From Candidatus Tenderia sp. (GTDB taxonomy: Bacteria > Pseudomonadota > Gammaproteobacteria > Tenderiales > Tenderiaceae), in the NCBI GenBank assembly GCA_031416075.1, contig JANOSY010000075.1, positions 1-42,925 of the forward strand: a stretch of DNA of 42,925 nucleotides. The letters run 5' to 3'. This document shows positions 29,543 through 40,413 of the stretch, one piece after another. Under the pieces are notes generated by a model, which had not been told where the DNA came from, ran no database searches, and was given only the letters and a program-made list of their open reading frames with translations. How positions within the stretch are numbered: the first letter of the stretch is position 1; each line of letters starts with the position of its first letter. A program made the translations under genes and the position numbers.

Positions 29543-32020
29543 TCACAACTTCACACGTTTCAACCGTAGTGCATTGGTAATCACCGACACAGAACTGAAA
29601 CTCATCGCCGCCGCCGCGATCATCGGTGAGAGCAACAGACCAAAAAATGGATACAACAAACCGGCGGCGATGGGCACACCGGCAGCGTTATAGATAAAGG
29701 CAAAAAATAGGTTCTGGCGAATATTACCCATGGTGGCTTGCGATAGCCGCCGGGCGCGCACGATGCCACGCAGATCCCCCTTCACCAGCGTCACACCCGC
29801 ACTCTCCATCGCCACGTCGGTGCCGGTGCCCATCGCAATACCGACCTGGGCCTGGGCCAGGGCGGGCGCGTCGTTGATGCCGTCACCGGCCATGGCGACG
29901 ATGCGCCCTTCGGCCTGTAGCTGTTTGACCACGGCGGCCTTCTGATCGGGCAATACTTCAGCATGGATCTGGTCGATACCGAGTTTTGCCGCCACTGCCT
30001 CGGCGGTCTTGCGGCTGTCACCGGTGAGCATGACAATGCGGATGCCTTCGCCGTGCAGCAGACGGATAGCCTCCGCCGTGGTCTCCTTGATCGGGTCGGC
30101 GACGCCGATGAGTCCGGCAACACGACCATCAACACCCAGGAACATCACCGTCTGCCCCTCGCTACGCAGGGCGTCAGCCTGGCTGGGTAGATCACCGACA
30201 TCAATGGCAAGATCCTGCATTAGCCTCAAATTACCCAGGGCAATCTTGCGGCCATCCACCACACCGGTAACACCCTTACCAGTGACGGATTGGAAATCTT
30301 CTGCTGCTGCCAGTTCTGCCTGACGTTTTTCTGCACCACGGACAATGGCAGCGGCCAGCGGATGTTCACTGCCACGCTCGATGCTGGCAGCCAGGCGCAC
30401 AATTTCGGCTTCATCAAAACCTTCAGCTACTGTCACACTCACCAATTCAGGATGGCCCTCGGTGAGCGTGCCGGTCTTATCCACCACCAGGGTATCGACC
30501 TTGCGCATCACCTCCAGCGCCTCGGCATTTTTGAACAGCACACCCATCGTTGCGCCACGGCCTGTACCCACCATAATCGAAACGGGCGTAGCCAAGCCAA
30601 GGGCGCAGGGGCAGGCGATAATCAACACCGCCACGGCGTTAATCACGGCATGGGCAAGCCGTGGTTCCGGCCCCCAGATTCCCCAAATGGCCATGGTGGC
30701 CAGGGCAATCAGCACCACCGCCGGAACAAAATACCCGGAGACCTGATCCGCCAGTTTCTGGATCGGCGCACGCGAGCGCTGCGCTTGCGCCACCATCTGG
30801 ACGATCTGCGCCAACAACGTATCAGCACCGACCTTTTCCGCCACCATCACCAGACCACCCGTGCCGTTGATCGTGGCGCCGATCACCTTGGTCCCGCTGC
30901 TCTTCTCCACCGGTACCGGTTCGCCGGTGACCATCGACTCATCCACATGGCTGACGCCATCAACCACACTGCCATCCACTGGCACCTTCTCGCCAGGACG
31001 GATGCGCAACTTATCGCCGGGCTGGACATGCTCCAGCGGAATATCCTCTTCATGACCATCGTCCCGCACGATGCGTGCTGTTTTGGGTGCAAGCCCCAAC
31101 AACAGCTTGATTGCCGTATTGGTCTGGCTGCGGGCGCGCAACTCTAGCACCTGCCCCAGCAATACCAACGTTGTAATAACAGCGGCGGCTTCGAAATAGA
31201 CCGGCACCACACCCATCGCATTAAATACCGAGCGCGGAAAAATATCAGGCATAAGCGCCGCCACCATGCTGTAGCCCCACGCCACCGTGATACCCAGACC
31301 AATCAAGGTGAACATGTTGAGATTGCGCGTCACCAGCGATTGCCAGCCGCGGACAAAAAAGGGCCAACCGCCCCACAACACTACTGGCGTGGCGAGCAAC
31401 ATCTCCAACAGCTGACGTGTGCCCGGCTGGACAACTGCTGCGACACTCTCGGGCCAGAACTCTGCACCCATGGCGCTGATGAATACCGGAATGGAGAGCA
31501 CCGCGCTGATCCAGAAGCGGCGTGTCATATCGTTTAGTTCAGCATTCTCCTCATCTGCTGCTGCCGTTACCGTGCGTGGCTCCAGCGCCATGCCACACTT
31601 GGGACAGTTACCGGGGTGGTCCTGAACGATCTCCGGGTGCATCGGGCAGGTGTATTCAGATTTTGTAGCGGCTGGGGCTACACTCATTGGCTCTAGGGCC
31701 ATGCCACACTTTGGGCAGCTGCCCGGCCCTTGTTGCTGTATCTCAGGATGCATCGGACAAGTATAAAGTGGTGTTGCCGCACTGGCACTGGCACTGGCAC
31801 TGGCATTGACACTGGCCTTGGCACCGGCGGTCTGACTTAACAACTCTCTATGATGATGGCCGCCTTCGACCGGGGAATGAATATATTGTAGCGGTGCTGC
31901 ATTAAACCTGGTCAGACAGCCAGGGCCACAGAAATGGTATCTCTGCCCTTCGTAATCGGCATAGTGGGGGGCATCTGCCGCCACCTCCATGCCACACACG
32001 GGATCTTTTTCAGTTGCCAT
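29543..32020 (-). CDS. Cu(I)-translocating P1B-type ATPase with YHS domain and two HMBD repeats
   Basis: DPVCGM; two YTCPMHPEI...[10 protein letters not shown] repeats; CPC, DKTGT, SEHPL, GDGIND, YN and MSFSS motifs. Confidence 0.96.
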   Translation of the reverse strand: MATEKDPVCGMEVAADAPHYADYEGQRYHFCGPGCLTRFNAAPLQYIHSPVEGGHHHRELLSQTAGAKASVNASASASASAATPLYTCPMHPEIQQQGPGSCPKCGMALEPMSVAPAATKSEYTCPMHPEIVQDHPGNCPKCGMALEPRTVTAAADEENAELNDMTRRFWISAVLSIPVFISAMGAEFWPESVAAVVQPGTRQLLEMLLATPVVLWGGWPFFVRGWQSLVTRNLNMFTLIGLGITVAWGYSMVAALMPDIFPRSVFNAMGVVPVYFEAAAVITTLVLLGQVLELRARSQTNTAIKLLLGLAPKTARIVRDDGHEEDIPLEHVQPGDKLRIRPGEKVPVDGSVVDGVSHVDESMVTGEPVPVEKSSGTKVIGATINGTGGLVMVAEKVGADTLLAQIVQMVAQAQRSRAPIQKLADQVSGYFVPAVVLIALATMAIWGIWGPEPRLAHAVINAVAVLIIACPCALGLATPVSIMVGTGRGATMGVLFKNAEALEVMRKVDTLVVDKTGTLTEGHPELVSVTVAEGFDEAEIVRLAASIERGSEHPLAAAIVRGAEKRQAELAAAEDFQSVTGKGVTGVVDGRKIALGNLRLMQDLAIDVGDLPSQADALRSEGQTVMFLGVDGRVAGLIGVADPIKETTAEAIRLLHGEGIRIVMLTGDSRKTAEAVAAKLGIDQIHAEVLPDQKAAVVKQLQAEGRIVAMAGDGINDAPALAQAQVGIAMGTGTDVAMESAGVTLVKGDLRGIVRARRLSQATMGNIRQNLFFAFIYNAAGVPIAAGLLYPFFGLLLSPMIAAAAMSFSSVSVITNALRLKRVKL
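31779..31814. repeat. Hexanucleotide tandem repeat in the ATPase linker
   Basis: (GCACTG)4 plus two degenerate units, encoding the ASASASASA linker. Confidence 0.85.
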
Positions 32021-32148
32021 CTTGTTGCCTCGCTTGTTAGCGTTTACAAATAAGATCAGCCCTTTTTAATCGATTCCACTCCGTTATAGCAGCACCACCC
32101 CTTGATGGTGCCCTCTTCAAAACATCAAATAGCGCCGGACTCAGCCCC

Positions 32149-32289
32149 TCATCTGCTTTTATTAACAAACAGATACTTCACCAGCCCGGCCACTACCAGC
32201 AACACAATCAACCAAAAAAGGATGCCAAACCCCCAGTGTCCAGCCCCCATCTCCATTCCCATCGACCAACTGCCGCTATCGTGCATCAT
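32149..32289 (-). CDS. 46-aa single-pass membrane protein, absent from the ORF track
   Basis: GGAGGT RBS; MMHDSGSWSMGMEMGAGHWGFGILFWLIVLLVVAGLVKYLFVNKSR*. Confidence 0.82.
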   Translation of the reverse strand: MMHDSGSWSMGMEMGAGHWGFGILFWLIVLLVVAGLVKYLFVNKSR

Positions 32290-32342
32290 TTAACACCTCC
32301 GCATCGTTGAGCTAACTGTTAAGCGACGTCGAGCATAACACC

Positions 32343-32975
32343 TCAATGCTGATGATCATGTCCATCGTCGTTCATCGTGGCATCCATATCGTCCGTCCCC
32401 ATGCCCAGGTCGTCATGATGGGTACTGTCCAGCGACTCGCCATGGTGGCCATCCATCACCTCAGCGCCACTGCCGCCGTGGTGATCCGCGCCATCGCCGT
32501 GGGAATGGCTATGCCCCTCCCCCTCTGACTTCGGTAGCGACATCACACCTAGGCCGTAACGATAGACCACTTCGCCACCACGCCAGGCGGTTGCTGACAA
32601 CACCGCACCCGCGACCACCATGCCAACGACAAACAGGGTGCCCAGTTTTTTGCCCGTCCAGGTCGAGAATACCGACCAGGCCGCCAACAGCAAAAAGAGT
32701 ACCAACGTGGCGATTGCCCAGTTGCGGTGAAGGGTCATGGCCGCATGAGAGGGGGTATCGTGGGCAACGGTATTGTAGGCATACCACCCGGTCAGGCCGG
32801 TGATGATGGCAAAACCGGCACCAAACCATAAGGACCAGCGCGCTACAATCTGCCACTGCTCCTGCAGAGGTGATTTTACAAAGAGTGTGACCACGGTCAG
32901 GCCGGCAGCCAGGGAGAGTAGCGCCACGGTAAAGTGGACAAAGATGGGGTGCCAGTTGGGGATGATTTCGAACAT
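32343..32975 (-). CDS. DUF2231-like membrane protein with His-rich tail
   Basis: HPIFVHF and GGEVVYRYGLGV motifs; four TM segments; His/Asp tail. Confidence 0.85.
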   Translation of the reverse strand: MFEIIPNWHPIFVHFTVALLSLAAGLTVVTLFVKSPLQEQWQIVARWSLWFGAGFAIITGLTGWYAYNTVAHDTPSHAAMTLHRNWAIATLVLFLLLAAWSVFSTWTGKKLGTLFVVGMVVAGAVLSATAWRGGEVVYRYGLGVMSLPKSEGEGHSHSHGDGADHHGGSGAEVMDGHHGESLDSTHHDDLGMGTDDMDATMNDDGHDHQH

Positions 32976-33081
32976 TTAGTGCTCCTTAAAACAGTGTTTA
33001 GTTAAATGCTGTTGAGTCCATTCGTCTTCAGCAAACTTGCCGTCACCATTGTTACACCTATACAGCTGTAAAGAATAGTGG

Positions 33082-34050
33082 TCAGAACCAGAAACGGAGA
33101 CCGGCTACCACACGGGTATCATCTGTCTGCCCGCCAGCTGCGCGCACATAATCGGCTGTATCACCGTAGGTGCCTGCCCACTCAATACCTATGTAGGGGG
33201 CAAACTCCCGTCTGACCTCATAGCGTAGACGCAAACCTGCCGTCACGCTTGAAAGACCACTGCCCAGATCCCGTTCAGGATCATCCTTACCATAGAGCAT
33301 TGCCTCAACACGCGGTTGCAGAATCAGCTTCTGGGTAAACAGCAACTCATACTCGGCACTCAACCCGACGGCACTGCGGCCACCGTCACCCAGATAAGCG
33401 GTGGCCCCCACCTCAAACCAGTAGGGGGCCAGCCCCTGCACACCCATGGCGAGCCAGGATTGATTCTCCCCTTCACCACTGTCGTAACGCAAACCGAGTT
33501 CACTATTCCAATAAGTATCAATGGCATGGCTCCAGAGCAGTTGGGTGCTAGCCTCCATCAATGAGTCATTGGCAATATCACCTTCTGCTTTCAGTACAAT
33601 GCGATTGTAATCACGGCCATACATGGCTTTAAGGTCATATAACCGCCAGCTGCTATCTTTACCACGCACCGCCTCCAGGCGATCAACCATTAATGTTGCC
33701 ATGGTGTATTGATCCGCCAGCGTTAACCGCGGTGACGCCCTAAATTCAAGGCCATCGGAGTAGGCGTGGGGATCACGGGCATCCGCCGGGGCCGGTCCCC
33801 CTTGCATCTTCATGCCACCCATGTCGCCCGCGCCATGTTGCATTGCACCACCCATAGAGTCTGCCCCCATATCCATACCAGAAAAGTCCATCTCCATTTC
33901 ATCGGCAGCCGGTGTCGACATGCCACTTGCATGTCCCGAATGGTCCATGGCCATATCGCCCGCTGCCCATAAGGGGGCGATATTGATGAGCAGTAACGCC
34001 GCCATTAATGGTTTTTTTCTGTTTGTCATACTATATATACACCTACTCAT
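33082..34050 (-). CDS. copB: Copper resistance protein B (outer membrane)
   Basis: Met-rich N-terminus; ARDPHAYS, GLAPYWFE and RREFAPYIG motifs; terminal WF. Confidence 0.93.
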   Translation of the reverse strand: MSRCIYSMTNRKKPLMAALLLINIAPLWAAGDMAMDHSGHASGMSTPAADEMEMDFSGMDMGADSMGGAMQHGAGDMGGMKMQGGPAPADARDPHAYSDGLEFRASPRLTLADQYTMATLMVDRLEAVRGKDSSWRLYDLKAMYGRDYNRIVLKAEGDIANDSLMEASTQLLWSHAIDTYWNSELGLRYDSGEGENQSWLAMGVQGLAPYWFEVGATAYLGDGGRSAVGLSAEYELLFTQKLILQPRVEAMLYGKDDPERDLGSGLSSVTAGLRLRYEVRREFAPYIGIEWAGTYGDTADYVRAAGGQTDDTRVVAGLRFWF

Positions 34051-34067
34051 CACAACTCCTCCCGGAT

Positions 34068-35852
34068 TCAAGAGACCACCACTTCACGGAACATGCCTGC
34101 ATCCATGTGGTATAGCAGATGGCAGTGCCAGGCCCAGTGGCCCAGCGCATCGGCAGTGACAAGAAAGCTGATCCGTTGCGCCGGTTGCACACTGATGGTG
34201 TGGCGACGTGAGAGCACCCCACCCTCCGGGCTTTCCAGCTCACTCCACATACCGTGCAGATGCATGGGGTGAGTCATCATGGTGTCGTTGTGCAGAATGA
34301 CTCGCAGCCGTTCATTGTGGCGAAAGTGAATAGGTTTGGATTTGCCAAACTCCACCCCATCAAACGACCAGGTATAACGCTCCATGTTGCCCGTCAGGTG
34401 TAGCTCCATATCACGCCCCGGCTCCCGCAGATCTGTGGGGCCATGAACGCTCCGCAGATCCGCATAGGTCAATACTTTGCGGCCGTTATTACGCAGACCA
34501 ATACCGGGATCATCGAGATTGGTGCGTGGGGTATCAACACGCATATCAACACTGGGGCCATACTCTGTGCTGGCGTGGCGCACTTTGACTGCCGACGCTG
34601 CCATCGGCATAGCGTGGCTACCGTGGTCCATCCCCACCATCGCACCTCCTTCGCCCATCATGCCCATCATGCCCATCGCGCCCATAGTTCCCATCATGTC
34701 TGTCATGGTCAGCATCTCGGGTTTGTCCAGCGCCGGCACAGGGGCCGCTAACCCGGCACGGGTTGCCAGCGTACCTCTGGCGTAACCGGTACGGTCCATC
34801 GACTGTGCAAAAATGGTGTAGGCATCATCACTCGGGGTCACAATCACATCATAGGTTTCACCCGGACCAAAGCGGAACTCATCCACCGTAACCGGCGCAA
34901 CCGCCAGACCGTCAGCCCCCACCACGGTCATCTTCAATCCGGGTATACGCACGTCAAAATAACTTTGGGAACCCCCATTAATAAAACGCAGACGAACCCG
35001 TTCCCCTGGGCTGAACATCCCCATCCAGTTACCCCGTGGGGTGGTGCCGTTCATCAAGTAGGTATACCCATACGCGGAGATGTCCGCCAGATCCGTAGGA
35101 CTCATGCGCATCTGGTTCCACATCCGCCGCTTGGAGATGGCAGAGGCCAACCCTTCGGTGCTGACATCACGAAAAAAGTCGACTGCGGTAGGCTGGTTAA
35201 AATTGTAATAGTCGGACTGCTTTTTCAGATTGTTAAAGACGTTCATGGGGTCGTCATCTGTCCAGTCTGACAGCAAGACGACGTGGTCACGGTCAACGTG
35301 CGGACCAGTCTCTTCAGCAGGGTCGATAATAATCGCCCCATACATGCCCGTCTGTTCCTGAAAGCCGGAGTGGGAGTGGTACCAGTAACTACCCGACTGC
35401 TGCACTTTAAAGCGATAGACAAACGTTGTGCCCGGCGCAATGCCATCAAAACTGATGCCCGGTACGCCGTCCATCTCAAATGGCAGAATAATGCCGTGCC
35501 AATGGATAGAGGTCGACACACTCATGTGGTTAGTCACACGAATGGTGATCGTATCGCCCTCGCGCCAGCGTAACGTTGGTGCGGGAATAGAACCATTAAT
35601 CGTCGTTGCCATGCGTGGCGCGCCTGTAAAGTTGGCGGGCGACTCTGCCACCGTCAACTCAAACTCCGTGCCACGTAACACCGGGGCTGAACCGGTCGTT
35701 GTCATGCCTGCCACCTCAGTGGCTGACTGCGCCCAGGCTGATTGGCTTGCGGGTGCCAATCCTAACAACACCCCTCCCGCCATCAACCCCTGTACAAAAC
35801 GGCGACGTGGCAAGTTAGCCAGTGGTAGGTTAGGTGGAAAATTGTGTTTCAT
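34068..35852 (-). CDS. copA: Copper-resistance multicopper oxidase (Tat substrate)
   Basis: RRRFV Tat motif; HWHG, WYHSH, HPMHLH and HCHLLYHM copper motifs. Confidence 0.97.
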   Translation of the reverse strand: MKHNFPPNLPLANLPRRRFVQGLMAGGVLLGLAPASQSAWAQSATEVAGMTTTGSAPVLRGTEFELTVAESPANFTGAPRMATTINGSIPAPTLRWREGDTITIRVTNHMSVSTSIHWHGIILPFEMDGVPGISFDGIAPGTTFVYRFKVQQSGSYWYHSHSGFQEQTGMYGAIIIDPAEETGPHVDRDHVVLLSDWTDDDPMNVFNNLKKQSDYYNFNQPTAVDFFRDVSTEGLASAISKRRMWNQMRMSPTDLADISAYGYTYLMNGTTPRGNWMGMFSPGERVRLRFINGGSQSYFDVRIPGLKMTVVGADGLAVAPVTVDEFRFGPGETYDVIVTPSDDAYTIFAQSMDRTGYARGTLATRAGLAAPVPALDKPEMLTMTDMMGTMGAMGMMGMMGEGGAMVGMDHGSHAMPMAASAVKVRHASTEYGPSVDMRVDTPRTNLDDPGIGLRNNGRKVLTYADLRSVHGPTDLREPGRDMELHLTGNMERYTWSFDGVEFGKSKPIHFRHNERLRVILHNDTMMTHPMHLHGMWSELESPEGGVLSRRHTISVQPAQRISFLVTADALGHWAWHCHLLYHMDAGMFREVVVS

Positions 35853-36029
35853 ACAGAGAGTTCCTCTCCTGAGTGACCATTTTTAATCTGTAGTGCCAAG
35901 GCACACAACCTGTATTCGGACATCTCAATCACAGCATTAACTTTGTTGAACAGGTTTTAAAGTCTGACAACGCCAAACACTTAAGACTATCGTTCATCAA
36001 CACGTCTCCCTCTACTCATACGCCATGCT

Positions 36030-36521
36030 TTACCATAGCTGCTGGCCTGACGCCTTCACCGCCGCCACCCGCGTACAAAAATCGGCGGGGCCATAGGCAT
36101 ATACCGTCTGTTGCTGAGAATAACCATCACTCCCCTTTGGTTGTTCGGTATACAGCAGTGGCCGCCCGCTTTTTTCTGCATGACGCAGTAACCAATCTAA
36201 CGCACGCTGCGGAATTCGTTTCCCCACAGGCACAGCCAGATCAACAGGTCCGCCTCTCCATCTCAACCGGTTAAATACAACAATCACCTTTGAGCAGCTA
36301 GGCTGCATCCATGTCGGCAGCGGCGACTCATCCATCAACCAGCCACACGTAAAAGCACCACAGGGATCATGAGGACGATTGTCATAATCACCACACTTCC
36401 CACCACTGCTGTATTGGCAGCCATTGCCGGGGTAGAGATGGACCCCATTCACATAGGTCTGCAACCACCCATCACAACACGCCGTACAGGGCTGGCACAC
36501 TCGGGCATTTATCATCACCAT
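36030..36521 (-). CDS. Cys-rich hypothetical protein (CxxCxxCC motif)
   Basis: CQPCTACC...C...C..YDNRP..C..F.C.W pattern reminiscent of YkgJ-like Zn/Fe-chelating domains. Confidence 0.78.
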   Translation of the reverse strand: MVMINARVCQPCTACCDGWLQTYVNGVHLYPGNGCQYSSGGKCGDYDNRPHDPCGAFTCGWLMDESPLPTWMQPSCSKVIVVFNRLRWRGGPVDLAVPVGKRIPQRALDWLLRHAEKSGRPLLYTEQPKGSDGYSQQQTVYAYGPADFCTRVAAVKASGQQLW

Positions 36522-36545
36522 TAGCTCACTTAGTCGCCAGAGTGT

Positions 36546-37034
36546 CTAACTGCCCGAATAATGGATGCCACCGTTATGTTTTACACCATCGGCGGTTTTA
36601 AACTGAAACATCAGCTGATGTTTACCCGAGTGCCCCAGATCATACCCCACCATGTACCACTCACCCATTTTCATGGTCGCCTTAGTCTCGACACTGCCAT
36701 TGGGATGCACCACCTTGGTATTCATCGACAGATCCGCCACCGCCTGACTATTCTGTTCAACCTTGATCATAAAGTCGTGGCTACCACCCATCTCACTGCC
36801 CGCCTTGGCCTTCATCACTTGAATAGTGACGTTGTAACCATCCACCTCTTTCTGTTCTGTTAACCCATCACCTGCCGCTGCCGGGGTGGCGGCCATCGGC
36901 ATCATGGATGATGAACCTGACATACCGTGTTTCATCCCTCCACCAGAACCGTGATCACCTGATGCAAACAAAACCGGTGCTGCCACCAAGGTGGCAAATG
37001 CAAAACTCATCGCAAATACAGTGGTATGTTTCAT
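36546..37034 (-). CDS. Secreted Met/His-rich putative copper-binding protein
   Basis: AGGAG RBS; signal peptide; Met/His-rich; first gene after the cop box. Confidence 0.82.
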   Translation of the reverse strand: MKHTTVFAMSFAFATLVAAPVLFASGDHGSGGGMKHGMSGSSSMMPMAATPAAAGDGLTEQKEVDGYNVTIQVMKAKAGSEMGGSHDFMIKVEQNSQAVADLSMNTKVVHPNGSVETKATMKMGEWYMVGYDLGHSGKHQLMFQFKTADGVKHNGGIHYSGS

Positions 37035-37119
37035 GTAACGTCTCCTGGCCGATTAAAGATAGTCTCTTCCGGAACCGCCATTGTGCTGCTCCAGTGACTT
37101 TAGAATAGCGACCAGGCGC

Positions 37120-37168
37120 TGTCATAAAGGTGACGGCCGCATTACAAACTTGTAATGTAGATGTCATG
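37120..37168. promoter_or_regulatory. CusR/CopR box between the divergent promoters
   Basis: Palindrome CATTACAA-AC-TTGTAATG (37140-37157) flanked by TGTCAT/GTGAC half-sites. Confidence 0.8.
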
Positions 37169-37240
37169 TTGATGGCAGACAGCTCCAGCTAACCTGGATT
37201 GCACGTGGTTAATACCTCTCCTCAGACAAACAGGCAGACA

Positions 37241-37927
37241 ATGAAGCTTTTAATCGTTGAAGATGAGATTAAGACCGGTGAATACCTCAAACAGGGGTTG
37301 AGTGAAGCGGGGTTTATCGTTGATCTCTGTCACAACGGTTTAGACGGTTACCATCTGGCCATGACCGGACCCTACGAACTGATCATCCTCGATGTGATGC
37401 TGCCGGACGTGGATGGCTGGCGAATCCTCACCTCACTGCGCGATGCCGGTAAAAAATCACCGGTACTCTTTTTAACCGCCCGTGACAGCATTGATGATCG
37501 TGTTAAAGGGCTGGAGCTGGGGGCAGATGACTATCTGGTCAAACCATTTGTCTTTGCGGAGTTGCTCGCCCGTGTTCGCACCCTGTTACGGCGTGGCGTA
37601 AACCCGACCAACGAACCCACCCTCAAGATCGCCGACCTGGAGTTGGATCTGACCCGCCATCGCGCCACTCGGGGCGGTCAACGCATCCACCTGACTGCAA
37701 AAGAGTTTGCACTCCTGGAGCTACTGGTACGACGCCAGGGCGAAGTCTTGCCACGTTCACTCATCGCCTCGCAAGTCTGGGACATGAACTTTGATAGTGA
37801 TACCAACGTGATTGACGTCGCCATTCGCCGCCTGCGTGCCAAGATCGACGACCCCTTTGAACCCAAACTGATCCATACCGTACGTGGCATGGGCTACATG
37901 ATCGATTTACCGGATAGCGCCGCATAA
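37241..37927 (+). CDS. cusR: Heavy-metal response regulator (CusR/CopR)
   Basis: [36 protein letters not shown] and HTVRGMGY motifs. Confidence 0.93.
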   Translation: MKLLIVEDEIKTGEYLKQGLSEAGFIVDLCHNGLDGYHLAMTGPYELIILDVMLPDVDGWRILTSLRDAGKKSPVLFLTARDSIDDRVKGLELGADDYLVKPFVFAELLARVRTLLRRGVNPTNEPTLKIADLELDLTRHRATRGGQRIHLTAKEFALLELLVRRQGEVLPRSLIASQVWDMNFDSDTNVIDVAIRRLRAKIDDPFEPKLIHTVRGMGYMIDLPDSAA

Positions 37928-39298
37928 ATGAGACACCCTATCTCCCTCACCCTGCGCCTGACACTGCTATTTACCGCTGCCTCCATCATCGTACTGCTCA
38001 CGTTTGGCTGGATTATCGGCCGCTCCATCGAGCAGCATTTTGTTGCAGAAGATCTCAACGAACTTGAAGTCATCACCGCGTCCGTACAACAGACACTCAC
38101 CACGCTGGAACACAACCAACAACCCGATGAGATCAAACAACGACTTGAGGACATTTTAGTCGGCCACCACAGTGCGCTGCTGCGTCTTAGTGATTCACAA
38201 GAACGGATTGTTTATCACAGCCCCGGCCCCGATTTCTCGTCACTGCCCACCATCACCGCTGAACAGAGACTGATCCCCAAATGGAGTGATGGCAAACACA
38301 ACTACCGCCTGTTAATTCAGCGTGTCACCACCGATTGGGACACCTATACCATCGTGGCTGCTGTTGCCATCGACTTCCATCTGCATTTTTTCAGTCACTT
38401 TATCCGTACCCTCTGGCTCATGGTCGCCGGCGCTATTGCACTCATGGTGCTGTTGGCATGGATGGCCGTCCGCCAAGGACATCAACCCCTGCGCCAGATC
38501 GTCAATCAGATCCGCCAGATTCGCGCCAGTGAGCTCAACAGCCGCATCGAGCCAGACACCGTTCCCACGGAGCTGACCGAGCTGGCCCACTCGTTCAACG
38601 AGTTGATGCAACGGTTAGAGACATCATTTGCTCAGCTCTCCCACTTCTCGGCCGATATCGCACACGAGTTGCGTACCCCCATCACCAACCTGATGACCCA
38701 AACCCAGGTAGTACTCTCACAGCCCCGTGATAATCAAGCCTATCAAGAGACCCTCTACTCCAACATGGAGGAGTATGAGCACATGGCACAAATGGTGGGC
38801 GACATGCTCTTTCTTGCCAAGGCCGATAACGGCCTGAAGCCCCCCGCCACTGTCGCCATCACGTTGGCAACGGAGATAACAAGTCTATTCGACTACTATG
38901 AGGCGTGGGCCGAAGAGCAAGGGGTACAACTCATCACTCAAGGCAACGCTACGATTCAAGGGGACCGTCCGATGTTACGGCGGGCACTGGGCAACCTGCT
39001 TGCCAACGCCATTCGCCACACCCCTGCCGGCATGGGTGTCACCATCAAGGTCAGTCAGGAGCACAACACAACCACCGTCACCATACAGAACCCCGGCACA
39101 GCCATTGCTGCGGAACATCTACCACACCTCTTTGACCGTTTTTACCGCATCGATCCGTCACGCCAGCGTAATGAGGAGGGGGCCGGGTTAGGGTTGGCCA
39201 TCGCTAAGTCAATCGTCGACATCCATGGTGGCAACATCTCAGTCACCTCTAACGATACACTCACGGAATTTCAAATAAGACTCAGCACCAACGCATAA
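37928..39298 (+). CDS. cusS: Heavy-metal sensor histidine kinase (CusS/CopS)
   Basis: Two TM segments, HAMP, FSADIAHELRTP and GLGLAI motifs. Confidence 0.92.
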   Translation: MRHPISLTLRLTLLFTAASIIVLLTFGWIIGRSIEQHFVAEDLNELEVITASVQQTLTTLEHNQQPDEIKQRLEDILVGHHSALLRLSDSQERIVYHSPGPDFSSLPTITAEQRLIPKWSDGKHNYRLLIQRVTTDWDTYTIVAAVAIDFHLHFFSHFIRTLWLMVAGAIALMVLLAWMAVRQGHQPLRQIVNQIRQIRASELNSRIEPDTVPTELTELAHSFNELMQRLETSFAQLSHFSADIAHELRTPITNLMTQTQVVLSQPRDNQAYQETLYSNMEEYEHMAQMVGDMLFLAKADNGLKPPATVAITLATEITSLFDYYEAWAEEQGVQLITQGNATIQGDRPMLRRALGNLLANAIRHTPAGMGVTIKVSQEHNTTTVTIQNPGTAIAAEHLPHLFDRFYRIDPSRQRNEEGAGLGLAIAKSIVDIHGGNISVTSNDTLTEFQIRLSTNA

Positions 39299-39444
39299 CA
39301 ACGATGATGTTTAAGGTTTAAAAAAGGCGGGGGCACACATCGACCCCGGCAAGGGAGTCGAGCCTGATCCAACAGCGATACCATTCAACAGTGGTCACCA
39401 TCAGATCAAGCCGGATCTACTTCATATCAGACACTAAGACCTGA

Positions 39445-40191
39445 CTATTTTTCTTCGTTTTTAGCTGCAAGCTCAATACTTTCAAGCAGTTTTTCATCCA
39501 GCATTGGCACTGTCTCAAGCGTCGTTGCATCTTCAACCAGTGGTGTGAGCTGGGTATAAAGGGTTTCGCTGTAGGTATGCAGCGTACGGAACTGCTCAGC
39601 CAATTTACCACCCTGCTCAACAGCCGCCTTCAGGGTCATAACACGTTGCTCTTGGGTACGCTTTTCCTTACGCAAAGAGACAACCTCATTAGAGACCTGC
39701 TTACGTGCCTCAGACTCCTCATCCTTCTGCTTCTTGAGCGCCTTCATCTTCTTGACCACATTTTCTGGTGTATCCGCCAGAATCTTATTGATCGTTTTAA
39801 AGGTCTTCTCTTTCTCTGCCAGCTGAGCCTTAATGGTGATCAGCTCTTTCTCCTGCGCTTCACGCAGAGCGGCAATTGTCAGCTCAATCTTACGCTGCCC
39901 AGCCAAAGCGCCTTCTTTAGCAGCTTCTGACAGCGTCTGTGCACGCTCACTGAGCGCTACCTTTTTTTCCATAATGCCAACGGCAATCTGGGCATGCTCC
40001 TGTGCTTCTTTGATGTTGATGTCGGCTTCAATAGATCTTTTAATCGCCGCATCCAGAGTGGTTTTAAGATCTTCAGCGCTAGAGTCTGGATCTATACCCA
40101 ACGCTTCACACGCCGTTCTCATCAGTATCTGCTTGCCTATGGCAAGTTCTTTCCACACTTTTAATTGCAGTTGCAAATCAGCTTGGTCCAC
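39445..40191 (-). CDS. Coiled-coil hypothetical protein
   Basis: 248-aa K/E/A-rich heptad pattern; GGAG RBS before a GTG start. Confidence 0.85.
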   Translation of the reverse strand: MDQADLQLQLKVWKELAIGKQILMRTACEALGIDPDSSAEDLKTTLDAAIKRSIEADINIKEAQEHAQIAVGIMEKKVALSERAQTLSEAAKEGALAGQRKIELTIAALREAQEKELITIKAQLAEKEKTFKTINKILADTPENVVKKMKALKKQKDEESEARKQVSNEVVSLRKEKRTQEQRVMTLKAAVEQGGKLAEQFRTLHTYSETLYTQLTPLVEDATTLETVPMLDEKLLESIELAAKNEEK

Positions 40192-40413
40192 ATATTTCTC
40201 CGGGTTAGTTAGGGGGGTATCTCTTCAAGGGGCGTTATTGTATCCTAAAATGAGCCGGTCAACCCATTCTCCATGCGTTGAGGGGGGAATTTGCCTCACA
40301 AACGCCCCCTTCCCAGCCCCCCTTTCCACCGGGAAACGGCCCCCAAAGGGTTGTTCATCTCCATCACACTCACTGCTTTTTGATCGTGATACACGACGCT
40401 ACAACGCATCGAC

